A stretch of DNA of 64,000 nt from NCBI GenBank assembly GCA_030059675.1, contig JANVYQ010000003.1, forward strand, positions 1 through 64,000, written 5' to 3'. The position numbers were made by a program, and so were the translations under genes. Source of the stretch: Candidatus Pelearchaeum maunauluense. Its GTDB lineage: Archaea; Thermoproteota; Nitrososphaeria_A; Caldarchaeales; Caldarchaeaceae. Positions 9,312-19,930 of the stretch are shown here, piece by piece (the stretch's first letter is position 1; the number at the start of each line of letters is the position of its first letter). Below the pieces are notes generated by a model. The model worked only from the letters and a program-made list of their open reading frames with translations, made no database searches and was not told the DNA's origin.

Positions 9312-10133
9312 TCAATCGCCACCCAGCCATCTGCTCATCTCCGGAAGGGTATCAAGTATCAGACTAGGCCCATAATGAGCTATCACATCACCCTCAGTAA
9401 CTATTATCCTATCTTGCTTAACGGCATCTACGTCACGCCAGCCCCTATCATCAACCAGCCGCATAAACCTAAGCCGCGCAGAGCTATCGTTGGGCTTGGG
9501 GTCGTAGATAATCACCTCAGGATTGAGACGTTTCACCTCATCCATCACAGGCTCAAAGTAGCCTATGATTCTATCGCCGAAAATATTCTCTAACCCCAGA
9601 ATCCTAATGAAGTCATCAACATAAGTGGCAGCGCCAACGGTTATGGGAGAGCCGAGGTCAATCTCAACATACACGCGCCTCCTTCCCCTTTGTTTATTGA
9701 TGGAGTAGCGCGCGAGCGTAGCTAGCAAGCGCTGCCCCAGCTCAACGGCCTTCTCAACAGCATTCACAAGCACACCAACACGCCTAACATTCTCCACGAT
9801 ACCTGCTAAGCTTAACGGAAGTGGGAGAGGATAGACGGGATAACCCCTCTCAAGAAGCTCAAGATTAACACGACGTTGTGCAGCGCTTGTGGTGAGTATA
9901 AGGTCAGGCCGTAGCTGCTCAAGCCTAGCATAGCTCACACGCAGATACGTCCCAACCCTAACACGGCCACACGCCTCCGCAGGTTTATGACAGTAAGCGC
10001 TCACACCAACAACCCTATCACCAACACCAACCATAAAGAGAGTCTCAGTCAAGTCCTCAGCCAAACTCACAATACGCCGCGGCTCCTCAGGAACATTGAC
10101 CTCAGCACCCAACAGCTCATTATACACCCTCAA
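9312..10133 (-). CDS. Cobalamin/iron-siderophore ABC substrate-binding protein (BtuF-like)
   Basis: PRRIVSLAEDLTETLF..G..VVGVS..C..P and LRPDLIL motifs; TTG start at 10133 (longer ORF extends into the rRNA promoter region). Confidence 0.8.
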   Translation of the reverse strand: MRVYNELLGAEVNVPEEPRRIVSLAEDLTETLFMVGVGDRVVGVSAYCHKPAEACGRVRVGTYLRVSYARLEQLRPDLILTTSAAQRRVNLELLERGYPVYPLPLPLSLAGIVENVRRVGVLVNAVEKAVELGQRLLATLARYSINKQRGRRRVYVEIDLGSPITVGAATYVDDFIRILGLENIFGDRIIGYFEPVMDEVKRLNPEVIIYDPKPNDSSARLRFMRLVDDRGWRDVDAVKQDRIIVTEGDVIAHYGPSLILDTLPEMSRWLGGD

Positions 10134-10227
10134 GAGAAGAGAACCGCCTCCAGGGTAATACGCACCCCACCAAGGCCTAGAGCTGCCTATTAAAAAGAAT
10201 AGAGCCGCAAAACACGGAAACAGCCCT

Positions 10228-10243
10228 AGAACATTTATTAATA
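10228..10243 (+). promoter_or_regulatory. Putative TATA box of the 23S rRNA transcript
   Basis: AGAACA-TTTATTAATA upstream of the structured GC-rich leader. Confidence 0.45.
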
Positions 10244-11294
10244 CCCAAAACAATCCTACGAATGCCACACATACAATTATGACGGCCCCATCCCCTAGGG
10301 TGGGAGCCCGACGCGGGAAGAAGAGCATCACGCTCCTTCAATGACCGCGCCCACACAGGAGCATGGATGTGTCGCCAACCAGGCGACCCCAAGACGCCCA
10401 TAGGCCAGAGAACGCCAGCCGGTGGATAACTCGGCTCGGGGGCCGAAGAAGGGCGTGGCAAGCTGCGATAAGCCCCGGGTAGCCGCAAGCAGGCGTTGAT
10501 CCGGGGATTCCCTAATGGGATTCCATGCCGCCGAGCTGCCTCGCGCGGCCGGCGGCGCTCCCGGGACTAGAGCCTGGGAGCGGGAACCGCCCGAACGGAA
10601 GCATCCAAGTAGGGCGAGGAAAAGAAACCAAAATGGGATTCCCCTAGTAAGGGCGACTGAACGGGGAGCAGCCCAAACCGAACCCCTATGGGAAACCATG
10701 GGGGAATGTGGGGTTATCGGGGCCGGGCGTCCTCCCCTGCCAGCTGAGCCGAAGCGGCCTGGAATGGCCCGCCATAGAGGGTGAAAGCCCCGTAGGCGAA
10801 GGCTGGCGAGGAGATGGCCCCGGAACCCAGAGTACCGCACCTCGGATATGGTGCGGGAAGTCGGGAGCCAATCGGCTTCCAAGGCTAAATACCCCCCGAG
10901 ACCGATAGTGCAGCAGTACCGTGAGGGAAAGTTGAAAAGTACCCCGGGAGGGGGGTGAAAAGCGCTTGAAACCGGCTGGTAACAGACGTGGGCGGCCCGG
11001 AAGGCACTCCCCGCAAACACTCCGCGTAGGGGTGGAGGCGGGGACACGCCAGGGTCGCCCGATCCGTCTTGAAACACGGGCCGGGGAGTTCACGGTCGTG
11101 GCGAGCTTAAGGGCTCACCAAAGCCCGTAGGCGCGGGGAAACCAACATGCCCGCAGCAGGCACGAGCCTGCGAGGGGCGGGGTCTGAAAGGGCCCGTAGT
11201 CACGGCCGTGAGGCTAGAAACCGGGCGATCTAGCCCTGGGCAGGGTGAAGCCGGGCGAAAGCCCGGTGGAGGCCCGAACGGGTCCTGACGTGCA

Positions 11295-11929
11295 AGGGCG
11301 GCCTCCCAGAACTCATATATTCCCAGGAATTAAGTAGCATCCAAAGACTTGGATAGGATAAAGCTAGGATGTCTATTGATAATGGTGCTAACCGACGGCG
11401 GAGTAAACAACGATGAAGTATATTTCGCAACCACAGATGATGTGTTGGCAAGGTATTTCACTAACCTCTCAGAAAGGCTGTGGAACAAAACGCCAAAGAA
11501 AATAGTTTACAAACGGAACAAATACTCGTGGATGAAACTGAGATTAAGAGACAGGTAAATATCAGAATTAATTAAGAATCTAACAAATAATAAAACGAGA
11601 ATCCCTGACTTTATCATGAACGAGGACAACGCAGAGGTCTTGGGAGAGTATCTAAGAATTGTCGCCAGCACGGACGGTGGAGTAGCCGTAGTCAGCAGTT
11701 TCAAGATAGATAGACTTCAGATGGAGGGGCTTACCCCAGGCCTAAGGTCTTCCAGGAGCTTATGAGGGCTTCAATGAGCTCATGAGGAGCCCTAGGCTGA
11801 TGAATCCCAAGACCTACGCATGCCCATGAAAGACTACGCAGGTCAGAACCCCAAGAGGGAAAGGCTATACTAAAAACAATGTTTTGAAACTTATGTTAGA
11901 AAGTTACTCTGGGTTGGCCGCCCCACGAA
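11295..11929 (+). mobile_element. 23S rRNA BHB intron 1 (635 nt) in helix-35 loop (~E. coli 750)
   Basis: BHB: CGTG-CA|A-GGGCGGCC ... GGCCGCCC-CACG-AA|A; removal restores GACGTGCAATTCGG; AT-rich interior. Confidence 0.9.
11349..11929 (+). pseudogene. Degenerate double-motif LAGLIDADG homing endonuclease
   Basis: Motif 1 LLIMVLTDGGV; in-frame TAA at 11556-11558; same frame continues to motif 2 YLRIVASTDGGV; further stops and frameshifts; tail KGYTKNNVLKLML. Confidence 0.8.
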
Positions 11930-12266
11930 ATTCGGTCCGTTGACCTGGGGCTAGGGGCTAAAAACCAATCTAGCCCGGTGATAGCTAGTTCCTCCCGAAG
12001 TGTCTCGCAGGACAGCCCTGGGGGAGGCGGCCCACGGGGTAGAGCACCGATGGGGGAGTAAGGGCTCGAAAGGGCCCGCTCTCCTTTCGAACTCCGAATC
12101 CGTGGGCGCCGTAGATCCCAGGAGTGGGGTGTGCGGGGTAAGCTCGCACGCCGAGAGGGGAACAACCCGGACCTGGGGTTAAGGCCCCTAAGTGCCCGCT
12201 AAGTGACAAACCAAAGGGAGTCTCCAGCCAGAGACAGCGGGGATGTGGGAACAGAAGCTGCCATCA

Positions 12267-12299
<33 letters not shown>

Positions 12300-12818
12300 T
12301 TGGGGGCCCCGAAAATTGACGGGTCTAAGCGGGCCGCCGAAACCCCGGTCCACCCATCGCAGCGGTGGGTGGAGGTAGGGAGGCGCGGCGGTTGGGTAGA
12401 AGCGGGGCCGTGAGGTCCCGTGGACCGGCCGCCGATGTAGATCCCGGCGGTAGTAACAGCGAAGAGGGGTGGGAATCCCCTCCGCCGAAGGGGCAAGGGT
12501 CTCCCGGCGATGCGTCGTCAGCCGGGAGTAAGCCGGTCCTAAGGCCGACCTTAACCGGGTAGGCCGAAAGGGAAGCCGGTTAAGATTCCGGCGCCTCGGG
12601 GGTACGATCGCGGCGACGCAAGCTCCGCGCCCGACGCCTCGGGGTAGGCTGAGCCAAGCCGTAGCTTGGTCCAAGCGTATAAGCCTGGGGAGTGGCGTAA
12701 AGCCGAGAACCAGGCGAAAGCGCGATTGGGCCGCCCGTATGGGCGGTTCAGCCAATCCCTGGGGCCCGTGAAAAGGGAGCGGAGAAGGATCCCCGAGACC
12801 GTGCCCAGAACCGACACA

Positions 12819-12853
<35 letters not shown>

Positions 12854-13107
12854 TCACACCAGGCGAGGGAACTCGGCAAACTGGCCCAGTACCTTCGGTA
12901 GAAGGGGTGCCTGCGGTCTTGGCCCCTGATGGCTGGGACCGCAGGTCGCAGTGACCAGGGGGTCCCGACTGTTTAATAAAAACATAGGTAGCCGCGAGAC
13001 CGAAAGGTTGTGTACGGCTACTGAATCCTGGCCAGTGCGGGTACCTGAACCCCGGATTCAACCGGGTTAAGGGCCCGTAAACGCCGGGAGTAACTCTGAC
13101 TCTCTTA

Positions 13108-13663
13108 ACGGGGACCTCCCCGCCCATAATCTATTATTATGCTGTCTGTCCGGAGACTGTGATGACTGACAGTTGCTTTGACCGAGGCTATGTGAGTGGA
13201 ATCATCGACGCAGAAGCAAGTTTTTCGGTAAGTGTAAAAATTCAGAACGACTTAAGATGCAAAATAAGGCTTGGCCCGGTGTTGAGTATAACGCAACGAA
13301 ACGAAGAGGTTCTGTATATTGTTAAGGAAGTCCTTGGATGCGGCAGAATATTCGCTAAACCTGCACAAAAGCACCTTTGGATACTTGTAATAGATTAACT
13401 AACTGAACTAAAAGAAAAATTAATTCCAACAATTGGCGAGTTTAGACTCATTGTAAAGAAGAGACAGTATCAGATTTTCCGCAAAGTAGTCCTTGAACTT
13501 GCTGAAAAGAAATACTCACTAAACATATAATGATGTTAAGGAGCTTGTGTTAATGGCTTACGAACTTTCAGAATTAAATACTAAATCTCACCGTAAGAGA
13601 ACGCTTGAGAATGTTCTCTCCTTAATCCCTTAAGCTTAAAGGGCGGGTAAGGCCCCGGGAGAA
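13108..13663 (+). mobile_element. 23S rRNA BHB intron 2 (556 nt) at ~E. coli 1927
   Basis: BHB: CTCT-TA|A-CGGGG ... CCCCG-GGAG-AA|A; removal restores GACTCTCTTAAGGTAGCCAAATG. Confidence 0.92.
13159..13633 (+). pseudogene. Degenerate single-motif LAGLIDADG homing endonuclease
   Basis: YVSGIIDAEASFSVS...SITQRN...LGCGRI; in-frame TAA at 13396-13398; continues LTELKEKLIP...KKRQYQIFRKVV; frameshift near 13525 to DVKELVLMAYELS...RKRTLENVLSLIP*. Confidence 0.88.
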
Positions 13664-14296
13664 AGGTAGCCAAATGCCTTGTCGGGTAAGTTCCGACGTG
13701 CATGAATGGATCAACGAGGGCCCCGCTGTCCCCGCCTGGTGCCCCGTGAACCCACGTAACGTGGACGAACAGTCCACGGTCCCCCAGCGGGGAGAGAAGA
13801 CCCTGTGGAGCTTTACTGCAGCCTGGCGCTGGGGTGCGGCTGGAGGTGCAGAGCGTAGCCGGGAGCCGTCGATCCCAGCCTCTCCGAGGGCTGGGGGAGG
13901 CGCCGATGTAACACCGGCCACCTCTGGTTGCACTTCTGACCGGGGCCTTGTCCCTGGGACAACGCTAGGTGGGCAGTTTGGCTGGGGCGGCACCCCCTTG
14001 AAAAGATATCGAGGGGGCCCAAAGGTCGGCTTAGACGGGACGGAAATCCGTCGTGAAGTGCAAGGGCAAAAGCCGGCCTGACTGGACCCTTGAACGCAAG
14101 GGGTCCAGAGGGGAAACCCGGGCCTAGCGATCCATCGGCTCCTACCGATGGGGGCCGGTGGTGACAGAAAAGTTACCCCAGGGATAACAGGCTCGTCGCG
14201 GGCGAGAGTCCCCATCGACCCCGCGGCTTGGTACCTCGATGTCGGCTCTTCCCAACCTGGCCGTGCAGCAGCGGCCAAGGGTGCGGCTGTTCGCCG

Positions 14297-14339
<43 letters not shown>

Positions 14340-14732
14340 ATCGGATTCTACCTGCTGGGGGTGCTGGGGGCCTGGAGGGGAAGGTGTTCCCAGTACGAGA
14401 GGAACGGAGCGCCGGGGCCAACGGTGTACCGGTTGTCCTACAGGGCAGCGCCGGGCAGCCGCGCCCCCGCGGATAAGGGCTGAAAGCATCTAAGCCCGAA
14501 GCCGCTCCCGAAACGAGGCCCCCAACTGCCGGCTAAGGGCCTGGCAACAGGCCTATGCTGGCGGCGAGGGCACCCGTAGAAGACGGGTTTGATGGGGTGG
14601 GGGTGTAAGGGCGAAGGCTTCGGCCGACGTCCTCAGCCCGCCACTCCCAAAAGCCCGAGTGGCCTATGGGTAGGGGTTGCCTGGGCGAAAACACATCCAC
14701 CGCTTCTCCTTGTGTGGGCGCGTCTCCGCGCT

Positions 14733-15356
14733 TCATTTTCTCCTACCGCTAATCATGTGGTAGTTGTATATGTCAAGCATTCGTGTTATTGGTATGGCTC
14801 CTCCTCTCGTGAGGCGTTGCTCAATCTCTGATAACGCGTTGTCTGGTCTTATGCTTGTTTCCTTTGCGTAGCTTTCCGCCAGCTCGCTTAGCTCTTCCCG
14901 CATTCTTAGGTGGAAGTTGTAGTATCCCTCGCCGTTGGGTGCGCATCTATAGGCTTCGCGGATCTTCGCGTCCCACATAACGAGAAGATTGGGCGCTAGT
15001 ATATGCAGCGCTTTAGCTGCTCCTGTGTATTTCAGAACTTTACTGAACCGCTCAAAGAGCGTTAGTATGTGCGGTCTTATGAGCCTGAGGTTAGCGTTAA
15101 GTAGGTGCTCATCGGAGAGCTGGCTTAGCTGCTCCCCGCTGCTCTCCAAAATTCTCCTCAGTCGTGGTTTGCTGAACCTTACGCGGGGATTCCATTTACG
15201 TAGGAATACGATTATACTGTCATGATCGCGTTGGTGTAGGGCTTTGTAATATTCTGGTGCTCTCATGTCTGGTGGGTATGGCTCCTCTGGAAACTCGCTG
15301 AAATCCTCGCCTGAGTACTCCAGCCTGACGGCCCTAACCAGCTCGCGGTAGTGCAT
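14733..15356 (-). CDS. Hypothetical protein, DUF6308/HhH-glycosylase-like motif
   Basis: TGAAKALHILAPNLLVMWDAKIREAY; ATG 15356 chosen as start. Confidence 0.5.
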   Translation of the reverse strand: MHYRELVRAVRLEYSGEDFSEFPEEPYPPDMRAPEYYKALHQRDHDSIIVFLRKWNPRVRFSKPRLRRILESSGEQLSQLSDEHLLNANLRLIRPHILTLFERFSKVLKYTGAAKALHILAPNLLVMWDAKIREAYRCAPNGEGYYNFHLRMREELSELAESYAKETSIRPDNALSEIEQRLTRGGAIPITRMLDIYNYHMISGRRK

Positions 15357-15428
15357 AGATGCCTGCTCACCCCTGTATGGCAGTAGCATGATAACACTTA
15401 TAGAATCCGACGCGGTCTTTGAGGGGTG

Positions 15429-16844
15429 ATGCGCTACAAGAAAGTCAGCGGAGATGATTTGGAAAATCTTAGGAGGATTGTTGGTGATGATTATGTTAGC
15501 ACCGATGAGGAAGAGCTTGCGGCTAATGCCATAGACGCCTTTCCTGGAGAGTTTCACATGCCTGAGGCGGTTGTCTGGCCTGGGGACGCGCGTGAGGTTG
15601 CGCGCGTGCTGGCCTACGCTAACGAGAATAGGATACCAGTAACTATTAGGGCTGCTGGAACCAGCTTATCGGGATGCGTACCCCTCTATGGCGGTATAGT
15701 CCTGAACATCACGCGCATGAACCGCGTGAAGGAGATTGCTGAGCGTGATATGCTCGCGGTCGTGGAGCCTGGTGTGGTCTATGAGAGGCTTAACGAGCAG
15801 CTTAGCAAGTATGGGCTTTTCTTTCCACCCGACCCTGGGAGCGCGGTTGCCTGCACGATAGGCGGTATGGTGGCGAATAACGCCTCTGGAATGAGGGCTG
15901 TAAAGTACGGCGTTACCCGCGACTATGTCCTCGCTCTGGAGATGGCCCTCCCCTCTGGCAAGCTAGTCAGGCTAGGTGCGCGTGTTTTCAAGACCTCAAT
16001 AGGCCCAGACCTCACGCGTCTCATGGTAGGCTCGGAGGGCGCGCTGGGCGTGTTCACCGAGATAACCCTCAGGCTAAGGCCGCTCCCTAGAAAGATGGTA
16101 ACAGCCCTAGCGTTGTTTGACAAGGTTACAGACGCCACGGATGCGGTATACGAGATTGTGCGCACAGGGCTTGACCCAGCCGCCATAGAGTTTCTGAGTA
16201 GAAAGACGATTAAGGCGGTTACGCAGTTTAGGGACCTCAATATACCCGACGCGGATGCTCTGCTCATCATAGAGCTGCATGGTAGGGATGAGCATGTTAT
16301 CGAGCATATGAGGGATGTGGAGCGTATATTGGAGAGGCATGGGGCTTTCCACATAAAGTCCGCTGAGGAGGAGGGTGAGAGGAAGAGAATCTGGGAGGCG
16401 CGTAAGGGTGCCTATCCCTCGCTCCTGAGAATCTCGCCATCACCGCTAACGGGAGATATCATAGTCCCCATCTCCAAGATAACCGACATGGTGGCGAAGT
16501 CCTACGAGATCGCAAAGCGGTATGGCGTTGATATGGGCATGGTGGGCCACATAGGTGATGGGAACGTTCATCATACGTGGTTTGCTGATAGGCGCGAGCC
16601 TGGCTCTTGGGAGAGGGCGAGCAAGGCCAACGAGGAGATAGTACGCTACGCAATAGAGCTTGGGGGAGCGGTCTCGGCCGAGCATGGTATAGGGATTGAG
16701 AAGAAGAAGTTCATGCGCCTACAGCATGGAGAGGCTTACGAGCTAATGCTCCAGCTCAAACGCCTATTCGACCCCAACAACATACTGAACCCAGGGATAA
16801 TGTTTGATTTGGAGGACGTAATGGCTGTGGAGCTGCCGCCGTGA
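15429..16844 (+). CDS. glcD: FAD-linked oxidase, GlcD/D-lactate dehydrogenase family
   Basis: PEAVVWP, GTSLSG, FFPPDPGS, GSEGALG, GHIGDGNVH, AEHGIGIEK, FDPNNILNPG. Confidence 0.88.
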   Translation: MRYKKVSGDDLENLRRIVGDDYVSTDEEELAANAIDAFPGEFHMPEAVVWPGDAREVARVLAYANENRIPVTIRAAGTSLSGCVPLYGGIVLNITRMNRVKEIAERDMLAVVEPGVVYERLNEQLSKYGLFFPPDPGSAVACTIGGMVANNASGMRAVKYGVTRDYVLALEMALPSGKLVRLGARVFKTSIGPDLTRLMVGSEGALGVFTEITLRLRPLPRKMVTALALFDKVTDATDAVYEIVRTGLDPAAIEFLSRKTIKAVTQFRDLNIPDADALLIIELHGRDEHVIEHMRDVERILERHGAFHIKSAEEEGERKRIWEARKGAYPSLLRISPSPLTGDIIVPISKITDMVAKSYEIAKRYGVDMGMVGHIGDGNVHHTWFADRREPGSWERASKANEEIVRYAIELGGAVSAEHGIGIEKKKFMRLQHGEAYELMLQLKRLFDPNNILNPGIMFDLEDVMAVELPP

Positions 16845-16850
16845 AGGTGT

Positions 16851-18080
16851 ATGCAGAGCGCTACACAGCTACGCGAGCTTCTAGGCGGCTACGCCAGCGA
16901 GGTTGAGCGCTGCATACGCTGCGGCTTCTGCAACTCAGTATGCCCAACATCAAACATACCACACGCATACATGGGCTCCAAAACATCGCGCGGCAGGCTC
17001 GTTATACTCCAATCAATAATAACTGGTAGTAGGAGGGTGGAGCTCTCCAGCAAGCTGCTGGATTTGATAGACTTATGCTTCGGCTGCCGTAGATGCTTGG
17101 AAGTATGTCCGGCCGGTATACCGATACCGCAGATAATGTGGAGTGTGAGGAGCGCCGCCAATAGGATGGGCCTGCACCACGCTTCGTGGATGCTCAAGAG
17201 CTTCATCAAGAACTATGACAAGCTAGCGTCGCTTGCTTCGCGTTTCCCAGGTCTGGCGAACACAATAACTAGGTCTAGGCTGGGTAAAGCTCTAGCGGAG
17301 CGTCTACTGGGGATAGACAGGAAAGTAGAGCTACCCGCATACATGCCATTACGGCACAAGAGCAGCATAAGCTCCCAGCAGAGGCTAGCATATTTCGGGG
17401 ATGTCTTCGGCCTATATCATGAGGGAAACTTTGTGAGCCGGCTGTTCGGCCTTTTGGAGAAGCTGGGCTACGGCGTGGAGGTTCCCCGCGGACAGAGACA
17501 GGCCGGAATCCCCTTACTGGAGCTTGGGCTGCTTGACGAGGCGCGCGCAATAGCCAGCAGGAATGTGGAGATATTATCAGGCTATGTTGAGCGCGGCTAC
17601 AAGATACTAACCACATCACCAGCAGCCTACTTGGCGCTGAAGCAAGACTATCCAAAACTACTGGACAACGCCGATTCTAGGAAGGTGGCCGAGAACACAG
17701 TAGATGCCGTACAGCTCTTGAACGAGCTTGTGGGGAGCGGCGGGCTGGAGCTCGACAGCGGCGGCCGCGGGATAGTCTATCACTCGGGCTGTTTTTCGCA
17801 GGCAACATCGCTGAGCGGCGCTATAGTTGAGTTGCTTAATAACGCTGGGTTTAAGATTGTTGGGACAACGCAGCGCTGCTGTGGTGTTGCTGGCATGTGG
17901 GGGCTGCTGCGCAAGCATCATGAGACGGCGAAGCAGGTGGGCTCAACACTCTTCAACGAGCTTAGAGACGCGGAAACCATAGTAAGCCAAAGCGAGACAT
18001 GCAGGCTATGGATGCGCAGCTTCCTCGGAAAAGAGATACTACATCCAGTAGAGGCTATACTAAAGTACTGTAAGGCCTAG
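16851..18080 (+). CDS. Fe-S oxidoreductase subunit, GlcF/GlpC-like
   Basis: CIRCGFCNSVCP, CFGCRRCLEVCP and CCG domain (RCCGVAG). Confidence 0.85.
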   Translation: MQSATQLRELLGGYASEVERCIRCGFCNSVCPTSNIPHAYMGSKTSRGRLVILQSIITGSRRVELSSKLLDLIDLCFGCRRCLEVCPAGIPIPQIMWSVRSAANRMGLHHASWMLKSFIKNYDKLASLASRFPGLANTITRSRLGKALAERLLGIDRKVELPAYMPLRHKSSISSQQRLAYFGDVFGLYHEGNFVSRLFGLLEKLGYGVEVPRGQRQAGIPLLELGLLDEARAIASRNVEILSGYVERGYKILTTSPAAYLALKQDYPKLLDNADSRKVAENTVDAVQLLNELVGSGGLELDSGGRGIVYHSGCFSQATSLSGAIVELLNNAGFKIVGTTQRCCGVAGMWGLLRKHHETAKQVGSTLFNELRDAETIVSQSETCRLWMRSFLGKEILHPVEAILKYCKA

Positions 18081-18137
18081 CCTTCTATCCACACTATTAA
18101 TAACGATGCGTCGCCTCCCTATGCTAGGTGTGGGTGG

Positions 18138-18863
18138 TTGATTATCGTTGACAGCAACGAGGCGGCGGAGAATAAGCGGCTGGTGGAGTCTTTGAGGAAG
18201 GTTGTTGAGGTTGCTATAAGGCCGCTGGATGCTGGGGACTTCCTCATAGTGGGTAGGGAGAGGCAAGCACTAATTGAGCGGAAGACGGTCTTTGATTTTC
18301 TCAACAGTCTGAAGGGGAGGCTCTGGGAGCAGCTCTCCGCTCTCAAAAGCTTTGAGGGCGAGAGACGCGTGGTGCTTGAGGGCTATCTCGGCCTCTATAG
18401 GAAGCGTGGGTGGAAGGAAACCTCAATCTTGGCTCTGATGGATACTATAATCGCCGAATGGGGGATTCCGATAATCTACACTCCAGACATCAGGGGGACG
18501 CTCACATACCTCGTCTGGAAGGACAAGGCCCTAGGTGAGGTGAGGGAGTTCCGCGAATACCCGCTTCGCGTGAGGAGTAGAGACATGACGCCAGAGGAGC
18601 AGGCGCTATACACGCTAGAAGGACTATGCGGCCACGAGACGGCTAAAGCGCTACTCAAACACTTCCAAACCCTAGGTAATGTTATCAGCTTTTTCCAGAG
18701 CAATAACCCGCAGGTCGCGGCCGAGAGACTAAAGAACGTGAAGGTGGGTGGGAGGCGAATACCAGCCAACACAATCAAGCGGATGGTTGAGGTGGTTAAC
18801 ACGGTATATACAGGGGTGGAGAAAGGCGGTGAAGCTGCTAGTCAAGACGCCGCTGGGCCTTGA
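18138..18863 (+). CDS. xpf: ERCC4-domain XPF-like endonuclease (short form, no helicase)
   Basis: IIVDSNE, GDF, IERKT..DFLNS..GRLWEQ followed by HhH region. Confidence 0.8.
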   Translation: MIIVDSNEAAENKRLVESLRKVVEVAIRPLDAGDFLIVGRERQALIERKTVFDFLNSLKGRLWEQLSALKSFEGERRVVLEGYLGLYRKRGWKETSILALMDTIIAEWGIPIIYTPDIRGTLTYLVWKDKALGEVREFREYPLRVRSRDMTPEEQALYTLEGLCGHETAKALLKHFQTLGNVISFFQSNNPQVAAERLKNVKVGGRRIPANTIKRMVEVVNTVYTGVEKGGEAASQDAAGP

Positions 18864-19881
18864 GGAGATAGCTGCGGCGAGGATACTTGAGATAGACCAA
18901 GACGCGCGGCTCGTTGCGAAGCCGCGCGGCCTTGAGGGGCTTGTTGTGGTTAAAGAATGTGATAACCATGTGGAGCTTGCTAGGCGGATTGAGGAGGAAG
19001 TCCATGAGGCTGAGCATGTAATCGTGTTTGAGCGTGTCGTGGAGGCTAGGCTGGAGGAGATGGAGAAAGCCGCGCGCGAGTTGGCTAGAGATAGAATAAA
19101 GCCTGAGGAGAGCTTCGCCGTGAGAACCGTCAGACGCGGAAGCCATGACTACAGAAGCGTGGACGTAAACGTTAGGGTGGGCGCTGCTGTGGCTGAAGCT
19201 ACTGGGGCGGCGGTAAACCTAGACTTCCCAGACAAGATAGTGCAGGTGGAGATTTTGCACGGGGTTGCTGGCATAGCTGTGGTTGACGGGAGGTCTGAGT
19301 GGAGGAAGATGGATAGGGGAAAGTCTCCATCAGCGCGTTTCTTTAAACGTCTGGCTGTCGTGCAGATGCCCTACATAGGCTCTCTAAAGGGGGCGCGCGA
19401 GCTCGGTGCGCGTATAGGTAGAGCAGCCCAGGCGTATGAGGTTCGCGAGCTTGTCATAGCACCCAACAAGCCATGCGACGCGTTCCAGCTCGCGGAGTTC
19501 ATACAAGGAATAGCGGAGGGAATTGAGAGTAGGTATGAGGTTCAGCGCAAGAGCTATGCCAGGCATGTTGAGAAGGTTCCCGTAAGCGTACAAGACCTCT
19601 ACCAGCTGGTCCGCGATAGGCGCGGCGAGCCGCTGATAGTCTTTGAGCCTGAGGGGCAGGAGTTATCTAAAGCTGCTCATAGGCTTGGTGAGATAATCTC
19701 TAGAGGCGGCAGGGTTAATCTCCTCTTCGGCTCGCGTGAGGGGATTCCGAAGGGCGTTTATAGGGCTGCTGACCTCGTGATAGACCTAGCTCCAGCCATC
19801 ACGCTGCCGACAGAGCTGGCGGCACCAGCAGCGCTTACAGCAATCTACACAGCCCTAGCCATGCTGAGGCAGGAGCAATAA
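18829..19881 (+). CDS. THUMP + SPOUT domain RNA methyltransferase
   Basis: VKTPLGLE, SFAVRTVRRGSH, NLDFPDK (THUMP); FGSREGIPKG..DLAP.ITL.TE (SPOUT knot). Confidence 0.85.
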   Translation: MKLLVKTPLGLEEIAAARILEIDQDARLVAKPRGLEGLVVVKECDNHVELARRIEEEVHEAEHVIVFERVVEARLEEMEKAARELARDRIKPEESFAVRTVRRGSHDYRSVDVNVRVGAAVAEATGAAVNLDFPDKIVQVEILHGVAGIAVVDGRSEWRKMDRGKSPSARFFKRLAVVQMPYIGSLKGARELGARIGRAAQAYEVRELVIAPNKPCDAFQLAEFIQGIAEGIESRYEVQRKSYARHVEKVPVSVQDLYQLVRDRRGEPLIVFEPEGQELSKAAHRLGEIISRGGRVNLLFGSREGIPKGVYRAADLVIDLAPAITLPTELAAPAALTAIYTALAMLRQEQ

Positions 19882-19930
19882 TACAGTGTGCGGGAAACAC
19901 TCTTTATACGGCAAAATAACAGCAAGTTGC

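Noticed and set aside
11720-11850. Possible C/D-box guide RNA inside intron 1 (ATGAGGA...CTGA, TGATGA; hairpin GGGCTTC...GGAGCCC; repeat GACCTACGCA/GACTACGCA)
   Set aside because: Box spacing is poor and I found no perfect guide complement of 10 nt or more to the rRNA; the segment is adequately explained as decayed endonuclease sequence
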